In this document: positions 41,530 to 52,601 of the stretch, piece by piece
Layout: every line of letters starts with the position of its first letter
Position numbering within the stretch: the stretch's first letter is position 1
Origin: Centroscyllium fabricii
Lineage: Eukaryota
Length of the DNA stretch: 64,000 nucleotides
Direction of reading: 5' to 3'
NCBI GenBank assembly: GCA_051313645.2
Contig: JBNRSN020000017.1
Coordinates: 41,292,001 to 41,356,000, forward strand
Position numbers and translations under genes: made by a program
The notes under the pieces: generated by a model
Database searches by the model: none
What the model saw: only the letters and a program-made list of their open reading frames with translations
Told to the model about the DNA's origin: nothing

Positions 41530-42050
41530 CTTCTTTTTCTTCTTCTTAGGCAGTCCCTCGGAATCCAGGATGACTTGCTTCCACATTAAAAATGATTTCA
41601 CAGGTGACTGATGAGTCCAATGCGGGACCTACAGTCTCTGTCACAGGTAGGGCAGATGTTGGTTGAAGGGGTGGGTGGGTGGGGTGCTTGGGTTGATGTG
41701 CGCTCTTTGCGTTGCCTGCGCTTGGCTTCTGCTTGCTCCCGGCGAAGAGACTCGAGGTGTTCGGCACCTTCCCGAATGCTTCTCCTCCATTTTGTGCGGC
41801 CTTAGGCCAGGGATTCCCAGGTGTCGGTGGGGATCTTGCACTTTTTCAAGGAGGCTTTGAGGGTGTCCTTGAAGCATTTCATCTGCCCACCTGGGGCTCT
41901 CTTGCCGTGCTGGAGCTCCGAGTAGAGCGCTTGTTTTGGGAACTCATATCGGGCATGCGGACAATGTGACCCATCTGTCAGAGCTGATCGAGCGTGGTCA
42001 AAGCTTCGATGCTGGGGATGTTGATCTGAGCAAGAACACTGATGTTGGGG
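41530..42050 (-). mobile_element. RTE (BovB-like) LINE 3' fragment
   Basis: Encodes PKQALYSELQHGKRAPGGQMKCFKDTLKASLKKC...WESLA, with an (AAG)n tail. Confidence 0.85.
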
Positions 42051-42699
42051 GACTAGGCCATTGAGGGACCTCATACAGTGCCTTCTTAGCAGGAATCAAT
42101 GTAGAACAGGGGTGTTTTCCTTGCTTCCAAGATACATTAAAGGCACTGTTTGCAGAATCAAGAAATTATTTTCTTTGCAATTCAGAAATTCTGTTTACAA
42201 ACCGCAGTCTTAATTATTAAAATGCTGTGGATGTACACTTTTGGAAAATTTCCAAAGTAGAATCTTCATGTTACATCTTTATCATAAAAATTGTGTCAAA
42301 GTCACATTTCACCTGCCATCTTCGATTCTACTAAACAAAGACAATTGCTAAATTAACAATTTAGACTGCACAAACTGGCAGCATAATTGTAGTTACTCCC
42401 TTATCCGTGCTTTTAAACTGGAAGGGACATCACTGAAGCTACCAATGCATTATTTGGGAAAGGAATAAACTCCTTGAAGAAAATTTTGTCTTTTAACAAT
42501 GGTTTTAACAATTTCTTTATCGTCTTTGGAGAAAATATATGTTTATAATGCTCTTCAGAGATTTGATTGCTTGGATTTTAAAAGCCTGAGTATTGTGAGA
42601 GGAAGGAACTTAAAGAGGTCTATGGTTTGAGTTCCTGGGAAGTTACAAGACTTTGTGGTGACTCTTGATTTCAACTCAGTGAAGCTGAAGAAACAAGGA

Positions 42700-43140
42700 A
42701 GAATGTGTAGAACAGCATATTTGGAGTTTCGGAGAAGCAAGAGATGAATGTTCAGAGGAGCACTGATCATAGTACTGTCAATAAAACAAAGACAAGAAAG
42801 GTTGCAAGAAGAGAGAAAGGGTTGAAACTAGAAGGGGAACAAGGGATTGTTTATAAGATGTCAATCTTTTTATTTTATCCTGCCCTGAAGTGTAAGTGCT
42901 TGAAGAACCTCCCCAGATATAGCCACTGTATTTGAGTTGTGGATGGATTTGGGCTTTACAGAGAGCTGAACCTTTGAAGGGAAACCGTGTTTGGCATGAA
43001 AGAGCAAACAACGCCTCTTGGAGACTGATCCAGCAACAGAAAGGTGTGAGTTCCATTTATGGCCAGATGAGATGGTGAGACTAGTAGTGTCATCAGATAA
43101 AGAAGGACTGAGGCTAAAACTGTCAAAGGTAAGAGGTGGC
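42700..43140 (-). mobile_element. Old LINE RT C-terminal remnant
   Basis: Encodes LCKAQIHPQLKYSGYIWGG, resembling the LYKAQIRPxLEY.S.IW motif. Confidence 0.5.
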
Positions 43141-43169
43141 AGTTGTTAGTTGGAATTATGAGAGATATG

Positions 43170-43785
43170 AAACATAGAAACATAGAATATAGGAGCAGGA
43201 GTAGGCCATTCGGCCCCTCGAGCCTGCGCCGCCATTTAATGCGATCATGGCTGATCATCCAAATTCAGTACCCAATCCCTGCTTTCTCCCCATATCCCTT
43301 GATCCCTTTAGCCTCAAGAAATATATCCAACTCCTTCTTGAATATGTTTAATGAATTGGCCTCAACTGCCCTCTGTGGCAGAGAATTCCACAGGTTCACC
43401 ACTCTCTGGGTGAAGAAATTCCTCCTCATCTCAGTCCTAAATGGCTTACCCCTTATCCTTAGGCTGTGACCCCTGGTTCTGGACTCCCCCGCCATCGGAA
43501 ACATCCTTCCTGCATCTAGTCTGTCTAGTCCTGTTAGAATTTTATAAGTTTCAATAAGATCCCCTCTCATTCTTCTGGATTCTAGCGAATATAAGCCTAA
43601 TCGACCCAATCTCTCCTCATATGTCATTCCTGCCATCCCAGGTATCAGTCTGGAGAATCTTCGCTGCACTCTCTCCATGGCAAGAACATCCTTCCTCAGA
43701 TAAGGCGACCAAAAACTGCACACAATACTCAAGGTGTGGTCTCACCAAGGCCCTGTACAACTGCAACAAGACATCCTTGCTCCTT
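43170..43785 (-). mobile_element. CR1 3' fragment
   Basis: ORFs 43265-43732 and 43617-43838 carry CR1 RT C-terminal motifs; tail present. Confidence 0.93.
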
Positions 43786-44213
43786 CGAAGAAATCGCTTC
43801 TTTGAAGAAGTGAAAGGAGCAAGATGTTCATAGCCCAACGTGGGACATGGAGGAGATCAACATGTAATGATTCAGCCAGTGTAATAGAAATGAAGATATG
43901 GTGTGATCCAACATTACTGTATTTGAGTTAGGTTGACTTTGAGTCTATTATTCATGCTGTCTCCATTTCCGTTTTGTTTATTGTTTATTTTTTCTCAAGC
44001 CGCAGGAAGTGCTGCCAAGGTCGCATTTATTGTCCATCCATAGTTGCCCTGGGGAGGCGGAGGTGAGCCTTCCCCTTAAGCTGCGATAGTCCTGTGGTGA
44101 TGGCTCTCTCACAATCCAACAGCAGTTGGGAATTTCAGGAATTTGACACAGAGATGATGAAAGACTGTCCAAGCCAGGATGATGAGTGAGTTGGAAGGGA
44201 ACTTGGAGATAAT

Positions 44214-44975
44214 GGGTGAAAGATTGGGTTGCTTGCGGCAGCCGTTAGCACCCTAAGAGGGCTGCTAATGGGGCGCAAGGCACCTAGCACCTGGGCTGGC
44301 CCCTCCCATGATATTCAGTGGGGCGCTGGCGGTGGCGGCAGTCGTTAGTGCCCCGTGGCGCTGCGCCGCCGGCGATGATGTAATTGCCATGCGCAGCACC
44401 TCGCTCGCGTCCCGGCCGTGAACTTCAGTCGCACCCCCTGACTTAGCACCGGACGCTGTCACCGACAGGGTCGGGGGGCACAGTTGCAGCCGGGGCAGCG
44501 CTATTTAAAGGGGGGGTGCCGGGCGGCCATTTTTCTTGCTGGTCGACTGCCAGCACCTGCCCCCTCTGCCGTCCCCGGCCTTCCCCGATGCCCCCGCCCC
44601 CCCCCCCCCGCGGAGTGCTGGCTGTGCTCCGTGAGCCCGACACTTCCCTCGAGTGCCGAGCTCCTTTGGCGGCACTCCGACCCCCGGCGGTCCAGCGGGG
44701 CTCCAGGCCGCGCCATGCTAGACCACTCCCCTTTAAGAAGGGGAGGGAGGCCTGCAGTACCGCGGCGCGGCGTGCTGTACAGCGTGGCACAGCGACCCAC
44801 AGCGGCCGAAATTGAGTTGTTGCGCCCAAGGAACAAGGTGGGGTGCCTGCAGTAGCGCCCCATCTCCTACATGGGGCGCTAAAACCCAATTACAGGCAGA
44901 TCGGCGCTAACTTTTTCGGGGCGCTAAAAGTAGCGCCCCACCGAGGTTAGCGCCCCAAACCCAATTTCCCCCCCC
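44214..44975. mobile_element. GC-rich non-autonomous DNA transposon (Harbinger/PHIS-like)
   Basis: GGG...CCC termini with imperfect TIR (GGGTGAAAGATTGGGTT / AACCCAATTTCCCC), 3-bp flanking repeat AAT and subterminal GGGGCGCTAA repeats. Confidence 0.7.
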
Positions 44976-45024
44976 AATGGAGTTTGCACAATATTGCTGC
45001 TAGGCCTTCAAAGTGGTAAAGATT

Positions 45025-45462
45025 GCAGGAAAGACTGGATAGGCTGGGTCTGTTTTCCTTGGAACAAAGGGGGCTGAGGGGAGACCTTATTGAGGTGTAT
45101 AAAATTGAGGGGCCTAGATGAAGTGGATAGAAAGGACCTATTTCCCTTTGCAGAGGGTTCAAAAACCAGGGGGCACAGATTTAAAGTAATTGGTAGAAGA
45201 TTTAGAGGAGATTTGAGGGGAAATTCCTTTACCCAGAGGATTGTGGGGGTCTCGAACTCACTGCCTGAAAGGGTGGTAGAGGCAGGAACCCTAACCACAT
45301 TTAAAAAGTACTTGGATGTGCACTTGGGATGCTGCAACCTGCAGGGCTACAGACCAAGAGCTGGGAAGTGGGATTAGGCTGGATAGCTCTTTGTTGGCCG
45401 ACGCGGACACGATGGGCCAAAATGGCCGCCTTCTGTGCTGTAACTTTCTATGATTCTATGAG
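45025..45462 (+). mobile_element. CR1 3' fragment
   Basis: Encodes DRKDLFPFAEGSKTRGHRFKVIG...; (ATTCTATG)n tail. Confidence 0.9.
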
Positions 45463-45671
45463 TTCTTTGAAGTAAACTTGCCGCAGTACGTCATGCCGAT
45501 TGTGTATACCTCAGTCACAGTGTGCTGACGGTGAGGAGAGTGGATACTGAGTCCAATAGTAGGGGTGTCAATGAAGCAAATCGCTCTGTCCTGAATGGTG
45601 TTAGTGTATCTGCATCCATCCAAGCAAGTGGCAAGTATTCCATCACACTCCTGACCTGAGCCCTGGAGGTA

Positions 45672-46074
45672 ATAGAAACATAGAAACTAGGAGCAGGAGT
45701 AGGCCATTCAGCCCTTCGAGCCTGCTCCGCCATTCAATGAGATCATGGCTGATCATCCAAACCCAGTACCCAGTACCCCTGCCCTCTCCCCATATCCCTC
45801 GATCCCTATCGAGCCTGCATCGACACATAACCCACCCTATCCCCGTAACCCCACATATTCAATCCCCCTAACACTAAGGGTCAATTTATCTTGGCCAATC
45901 AACCTAACCCGCACATCTTTGGACTGTGGGAGGAAACCGGAGCACCCGGAGGAAACCCACGCAGACACGGGGAGAATGTGCAAACTCAACACAGATAGTA
46001 CCCGAGGCTGGATTTGAACCCGGGCTCCAGTGCTGTGAGACAACAATGCTAACCACTGTGCCACCGTGCCGCCC
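45672..46074 (-). mobile_element. Full-length HE1-type SINE
   Basis: Near-identical to 36039-36443. Inserted in an old LINE remnant. Confidence 0.95.
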
Positions 46075-46079
46075 TGTTT

Positions 46080-47830
46080 AGAGTGGATTTGATGCGGTGT
46101 TTAGAGGGGTCAGGAGATGAGCCACTTATTGCAGCTTTAGCCTCTGCCCTTCTCTTGTAGCCATGCTGTTGATATGGTTGGCCCAGTTAAGTGCCTACAC
46201 AAGGGTAACCGCCCCCCCAAGATATTAATGGGAGAACTCGACAATGGTAGTGCCACTGAAGGTCAGGGGAGATGACTGGGTGTTATCTCATTCAAGATGA
46301 TCATTACCTGGCACTTATGTGGAGCAAATACCTGACACTTGTCAGCCTAAACCGGAATGTTGTCTGCATCTTGCTGTAGACTGACATGGGCTGCTCCATT
46401 CTCAGAGTTGTAAATAGAGCTGAACACTGTGGAATCATCAGGGAGCAGCCCCACTCCTGATTTTATGATAGAGGGAAGGTCATTGATGAAAATGGTTACC
46501 TGAGAAACTCCAGTTGCAATGTCCTGGGGCTGTGATGATTGGTCTCTAATGATGACAGCTATCTTCCTTTGTATCAGGTATGACTCCAGCCATTGGCGCA
46601 TTTTCCCATTGATGGCTAGTTTTGTTTGGGCTCCTTGGTACATGGTCAAATGCTGCCTTTGATGTCAAGGACCGGTACTGTCATCTCTCTTCTGGCATTC
46701 AGCACTTGCATCCATGTCTGTATGAAACTGTGGTGAGTTTTGAGCTGACTGGTTCTGGCAGAACTTGACATTAACATTGGTTAGCAGGTTATTGGAGAGT
46801 TGATGCTATTCAATGCACTGTTTGTGACTATTTCCATCGCTTTACTGACAATTGGAAAGGAGGCTGATAGGGTGGTAATTGGCCAGGTTAATGGTGGTGG
46901 CGCGGTGGCACAGTGGGTAGCACTGTTGCCTCACAGCACTGGAGACCCGGGTTCAAATCCGGCCTCGGGTGACTGTCTGTGTGGAGTTTGCACATTCTCC
47001 CCGTGTCTGCGTGGGTTTCCTCCGGGTGCTCCGGTTTCCTCCCACAGTCCAAAGATGTGCGTGTTAGGTTGATTGGCCAGGATAAATTGACCCTTAGTGT
47101 TAGGGGGATTGAATATGTCGGGTTACGGGGATAGGGTGGGATATGTGTGTCAGTGCAGGCTCGATAGGGATCGAGGGATATGGGGACAAGGCAGGGACAG
47201 GGTGCTGGGTTTGGATGATCAGCCATGATCTCATTGAATGGCGGAGCAGGCTCGAAGGGCCGAATGGCCTACTCCTGCTCCTATCTTGTATGTTTCTATG
47301 TTTCTATGTTAAATTTAACCTGTTTTTGTGGTTGAAACATATTTGGGGCAATCTTCTACATCGTTGTGTAGATGTCAGTGTCATAGCTGTACTGGAATAG
47401 CTCAGCTTGGGAAGCAGCTAGCTCTGGTTGGTGCACAGGTGCTCGGCCCTACAACTGGAATGCTGTCAGGCCCCTTAGCCTTTGCTGTGTCCAGTGTACT
47501 TAGCCACTTCTGAATGTCACGTGGAACAAACTAAATTGGCTGTACACTTGGGGACCTCAGGAGGAGGCTGAGTGGTATTGTTAAAGTGACACTTTTGACT
47601 GAAGGTACTTGCAAACACTTCAGCCTTGTTTCTTGCACTTGCGTGCTGAGTTCCATCATGGTTGGGAATGGGGACGTTCATGGAGCCTTCTCCTTCTGTC
47701 AGTCCTACCAATGCTATTCTGGACAGACATGGATGCAACAGGTAGGTTGGTGAGCACAATGTCAAGCAAGTTACCTCCTTGTGTTCCTCACCACCTTCAA
47801 GACTTGGTTAGCACAAGTGATCAAGAAGCA
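46080..47830 (-). mobile_element. Old decayed LINE of the 39662-41060 family (further remnants at ~43975-44210, ~45500-45660, ~48490-48980)
   Basis: Encodes QWLESYLIQRK...FINDLPSIIKS and KAEVFASTFSQKC. Interrupted by an HE1 SINE. Confidence 0.75.
46893..47307 (+). mobile_element. Full-length HE1-type SINE
   Basis: A box, B box, core and CR1 tail; flanking direct repeat GTTAA. Confidence 0.95.
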
Positions 47831-48487
47831 TTTAGATGAGCACTTGAAATGCCATAGCATACAGGGCTATGGACCAAATGCAGGAAAATGGGATTAGAAT
47901 AGACAGGGCTTGATGGCCGGCGGTAAGTTCAGAATCACCTCATCTGAGGAAGGATGTTCTTGCCATGGAAGGAGTGCAGCGGCGATTCACCAGGATGATA
48001 CCTGGAATGGCAGGAATGACCTACGAGGAGAGATTGTGTAGTTTGGGCTTGTACTCGCTGGAGTTTAGAAGATTGAGAGGGGATCTCATCGAAACATATA
48101 AAATTCTGACAGGCCTGGACAGGTTTATTCAGAAAGAATGTTTCCAATGGCGGGGGAGTCCAGAACCAGGGGCCACAGTCTAAGGATAAGGGGTAAACCA
48201 TTTAGGACAGATATGAGGAAGAATTTCTTCACCCAGAAAGTGGTGAGCCTGTGGAATTCCTTGCCACAGAGGGCAGTGGAGGCCAGTTCATTAAATATAT
48301 TTAAGAGGGAATTGGATATATTTCTTCAGGCTAAAGGGATTAAGGGTTACGGAGAGAAGGCGGGGATGGGGTACTGAACTTGAAAGATCAGCCAAAGATC
48401 AGCCATGATCTCATTGAATGGCGGAGCAGGCTCAAAGGGCCGAATGGCCTACTCCTGCTCCTATCTTCTATGTTTCTATGTTTCTAT
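47820..48487 (+). mobile_element. Two adjacent CR1 3' fragments
   Basis: 47820-47922 matches the 37590-37690 family; 47940-48487 matches the 43170-43785 family. Confidence 0.88.
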
Positions 48488-49459
48488 ATCCACTCTTGGT
48501 GGTGGACATTGAAGTCTTTCACCCAGAATACATTTTATGCCCTTGCTTCCCTCAAAGATTTTCCTGACTGTATACCACCATTTTCCCACTTCTGGTGGGT
48601 GAGGACACACACAGCAATGGTGATGGAGGAATCTGGGATATTGGCTGATAGATATGATTCTGTGAGAATGACTATGTGTTATTTAACTAGCCTCCCAAAT
48701 TGGACCCCACTCCCCAGATGTTAGTGAGGAGGACTGTGCATGTCAACTGGTCTGGAATTGTCTTTGTTTTATTGCCAATAGGTCCATCCAAGTTTTTCGT
48801 AATTTATAAACTTCACAGTGATTACTTACAATTGAGTGGTTTGCTAGGCATTAAGAGTTGGACTGGAATCAAGTGAAGGAGGTTAGTGAACCAGTTGGCA
48901 ACCTTTCGTGGTTATTATTCTGGTACTAGCTCACAAATTACCAGATTTATTTTTACAATTTGCCATGGTGGAATTGGAACTAACGGTCTAGTCCAGTACC
49001 ATAAACACTAAACTACTGGATCACTGCAATAGATTAGGGGAGTTTACCTATGAAAGTGCTGTCTCACAGTGCATCAGTATAATTACAGAATATTGCCTTT
49101 AGCACCATATACTTTTCTTAAGTGTAAAATAATATGGCCACAAATTATTTTGGAAGCTTTCACCACACTCCCAGCATAACTCCAGAAGGAGTCCAGCATA
49201 AAATGGCAGGGACCTACCCTACGTACCCAAGCCTGGGCTCAGGTTGAAAAGGTTGAACCTGTAATATTTGCATACTGAATTGTCATTGGCCTGCAGACAT
49301 CTGCAAGGACAGCTATTGTTTGGAAAGATCCGGAACAGGGGTCCTAAAGCCACACTTTCCCCGGTGGTGCTGGCTGAGTAAGATCACAGACCTATTGCTA
49401 AATAAAATAGTTAAACTTTAATACTCCGTTGTCCTGCAGTTTATTATTTTTGTACAAAG

Positions 49460-49810
49460 TGTGAGGGGCATAGATAGGGTAGATAGAAAGGAACTTTTTC
49501 CCTTAGTAGAGGGGTCAATAACAAGGGGACATAGTTTCAAGGTAAGGGGCAGGAGGTTTAGAGGGGATTTGAGGAAGAACCTTTTCACCCAGAGGGTGGT
49601 TGGAATCTGGAACTCACTGCCTGAAAGGGTGGTAGAGGCAGGAACCCTCACAACATTCAAGAAGCATATAGATGAGCACTTGAAATGCCATAGCATACAA
49701 GGCTACGGACCAAATGCAGGAAAATAGGATTAGAATAGACTGGGCTTGATGGCCGGCACGGACACTATGGGCCGAAGGGCCTCTTTCTGTGCTGTATAAC
49801 TCTGTGACTG
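49460..49810 (+). mobile_element. CR1 3' fragment
   Basis: Near-identical to 37390-37745. Confidence 0.93.
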
Positions 49811-52601
49811 TGTGCAAAACAAGATAGAACCTTAGTGTGGTTGAGGCACTCCTGGACTTTAAACCGCTAAAATCACTCAGCTCACCAAAATAAAGCTTCC
49901 TGTGGTTGTCCTATTAGGAGGACTAGCCTGCCATTAGGCCATTAGCTTGCAGTATTATTTGAAGGAGAGTGGGAAGAATTCCAGCCCCCACTGACAGTTT
50001 ACTTCTTTAGATCTTATCAACGAGCAGACTAGTTGGTTAATCATTAACAGGGTCAGGAAGTACTGCAGATCTGCTTGGCTTGGATATCTGATTGCCAAGT
50101 TTGCCACAGAGGATCAACTCAGTTCCAATCTCCCATTATCAAGCATATCACCTTGGAAGCAATGTGACTCGAGCGGGTCCCTACTTACCACCTACCCCAA
50201 GAAAACAATATCAAATTGGTCTTTGGACATCTGACAAATGCGGATTTGAGCCCTGCGCAGATGATCGCAAATAACTAATTCACCAATATGACCGTTTCCA
50301 ATGTCCAGGCTAACTATTCTTGTGGGTTTTCTAAACCAGATTGCCAATTTGTGTTGAGTTATGAGTTTTGGGCTTTAGATCCACATCTAATACGATGTGG
50401 GTTAAAACTGCTTAAAATTCATTTCACTTTAGGACCCTTAAGGCTGGCAGAGAGATGACACCTTTATCAGTTTGCAATGTATTCAAATTCAGGTCCCATC
50501 AGTGAATGAACAGAGGGCTTATCTACTTGGTAGCACTGTTAAAATGTATTGATATTTTTGTAATACATATGAAACCAGGATCAACATCCCTGTTTTGAAA
50601 AAAAAGTATGTTCTTCAACTAAAGGCCAGTGAAGTTGTAGGAATGTCGAGCTTTCAAGCAAGTTATATCTAGAAAATGGTATTTCACCAGTGACTACAAA
50701 ACGGTGCTAGCTAATCACAACGTACCTGCAAGAATAATCTTTTAACACTTCTCCAGCAGCTAACGTGCCACTTAACCACTATCATCCAGAGCAGAAGTGT
50801 GAAATTATTGGAGAAAATGTCTAAATTCCAGCAGGAAAAATCTGATTTACTAACAGGATTCTGGATGTGCCAGTAAGCACAGTAATGCAGTAATGCATGC
50901 ACATTTGGTGTGGAAGAATGGCCCCAAGTACTCAAAAAAAAAAGCACAAGACATGACAGGCAGGGTCAGCAATTGGGTAAATATTCATCTTCACCATCTG
51001 TACAGTAATTTGGTGGAGCAGATCACCCGCCCATAGTAGAACTCATCCAGTATTCATTTAATGTATTTCAGATTACTGCCCATGCAGTGAAGATCAAAAT
51101 TTACCCCAATACCGCTACAACATAGAGGACCTGGCAGGAACTCTGAAAGAGGATATACACATAAGAGTACAAAGATAAGGCTTACGTGCTACTGTAAAGT
51201 AACAAAGGACACATATGCACAAAGGACACAGATGCACATAATATCCTGACATCAGACAAATGTTAGGAAGGGTGTAGCAAGTAAGATATTAGAAGTGAAA
51301 ATAGCAGGGCTATGCAAATAAAATTATATACGTCAGGTCGTAATAGAAAATGCACATCAGGAAAGAAATCTGTCGGCCATATCACTATTTTTCAAACGCT
51401 ACTGCTCTTAGTTTCATATAAAAGCTACCACAGATTAGGAGGTCACAATCTACAACTGGTTTTGGACCCCCATACCTTAAGGAACTCATTCAATCAGCAG
51501 AAACAATAATTTATTTATTCAGGAGGGAGAGTTTAGAGGTTACTGCCACTGCCGAGATTGGAAGAGAGGACAGCACTAATACCATATTGATAATATATTC
51601 TATGATTTGCACAATATGTTAAATCATTGCGTCCATAAACATTGATTGTGGAAAAGCACATAATGGTGTTTGCAATGACATTACAGTACCCAAATGGCTA
51701 AGGGCAGTTATGTACTCATAATGTGCCAACTCTTATACCAATGATATGGTCCTCACCCCACTTAAAGCAGGCACCAGCACAGATGGACATGCAGGAGACC
51801 TAAATTTTGATGACGAGCAGGAGGCACAGAGGGAGGTGATGAGCATTAGTGAAGAAGGGATAGCAACAGTAGTTGTTGAGATGTCAACTGCTACAGGGTT
51901 CCAGGATCGCGAGTGCCCTACTCAGTTCTATCAGTAAATACAGCTTAGTGGGCCCGCTTTCAAATGAAGACTGGAACAGCACCCAGATTCTGACCAGGCA
52001 TTAATTGCCTCCTTACACATAATACTGTAAAGTGGTCTAGAACATAAGAACATAAATAAGAACATCAGAAGTAGGAGCAGGAGTAGGCCATACGGCTCCT
52101 CGGGCCTGCTCCGCCATTCAGTAGGATTATGGCTGATCCGAACTTAGACTCACGTCCACTTCCAGCAGTACACTAGAGACCCGGGTTCAAATCCAGCCTC
52201 AGGTACTATCTGTGTGGAGTTTGCACATTCTCCCCGTGTCTGCGTGGGTTTCCTCCGGGTGCTCCGGTTTCCTCCCACAGTCCAAAGATGTGCGGGTTAG
52301 GTTGATTGGCCATGATAAATTGACCCTCAGTGTTAGGGGGATTGAATATGTGGGGTTACGGGGATAGGGTGGGATATGTGTCGGTGCAGGCTCGATGGGG
52401 ATCGAGGGATATGGGGAGAAGGCAGGGATAGGGTACTGGGTTTGGATGATCAGCCATGATCTCATTGAATGGCGGAGCAGGCTCGAAGGGCCGAATGGCC
52501 TACTACTGCTCCTATTAACATAGAACATACAGCACTGTACAGGCTCTTGGGCCCTCAATGTAGTGCCGCCCTTATTCCGTCTCTGATTTTTCCTGTCCCC
52601 C

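Noticed and set aside
44265-44889. CpG island-like segment with several ORFs
   Set aside because: Lies within a TIR-bounded non-autonomous transposon; not a host promoter or gene.
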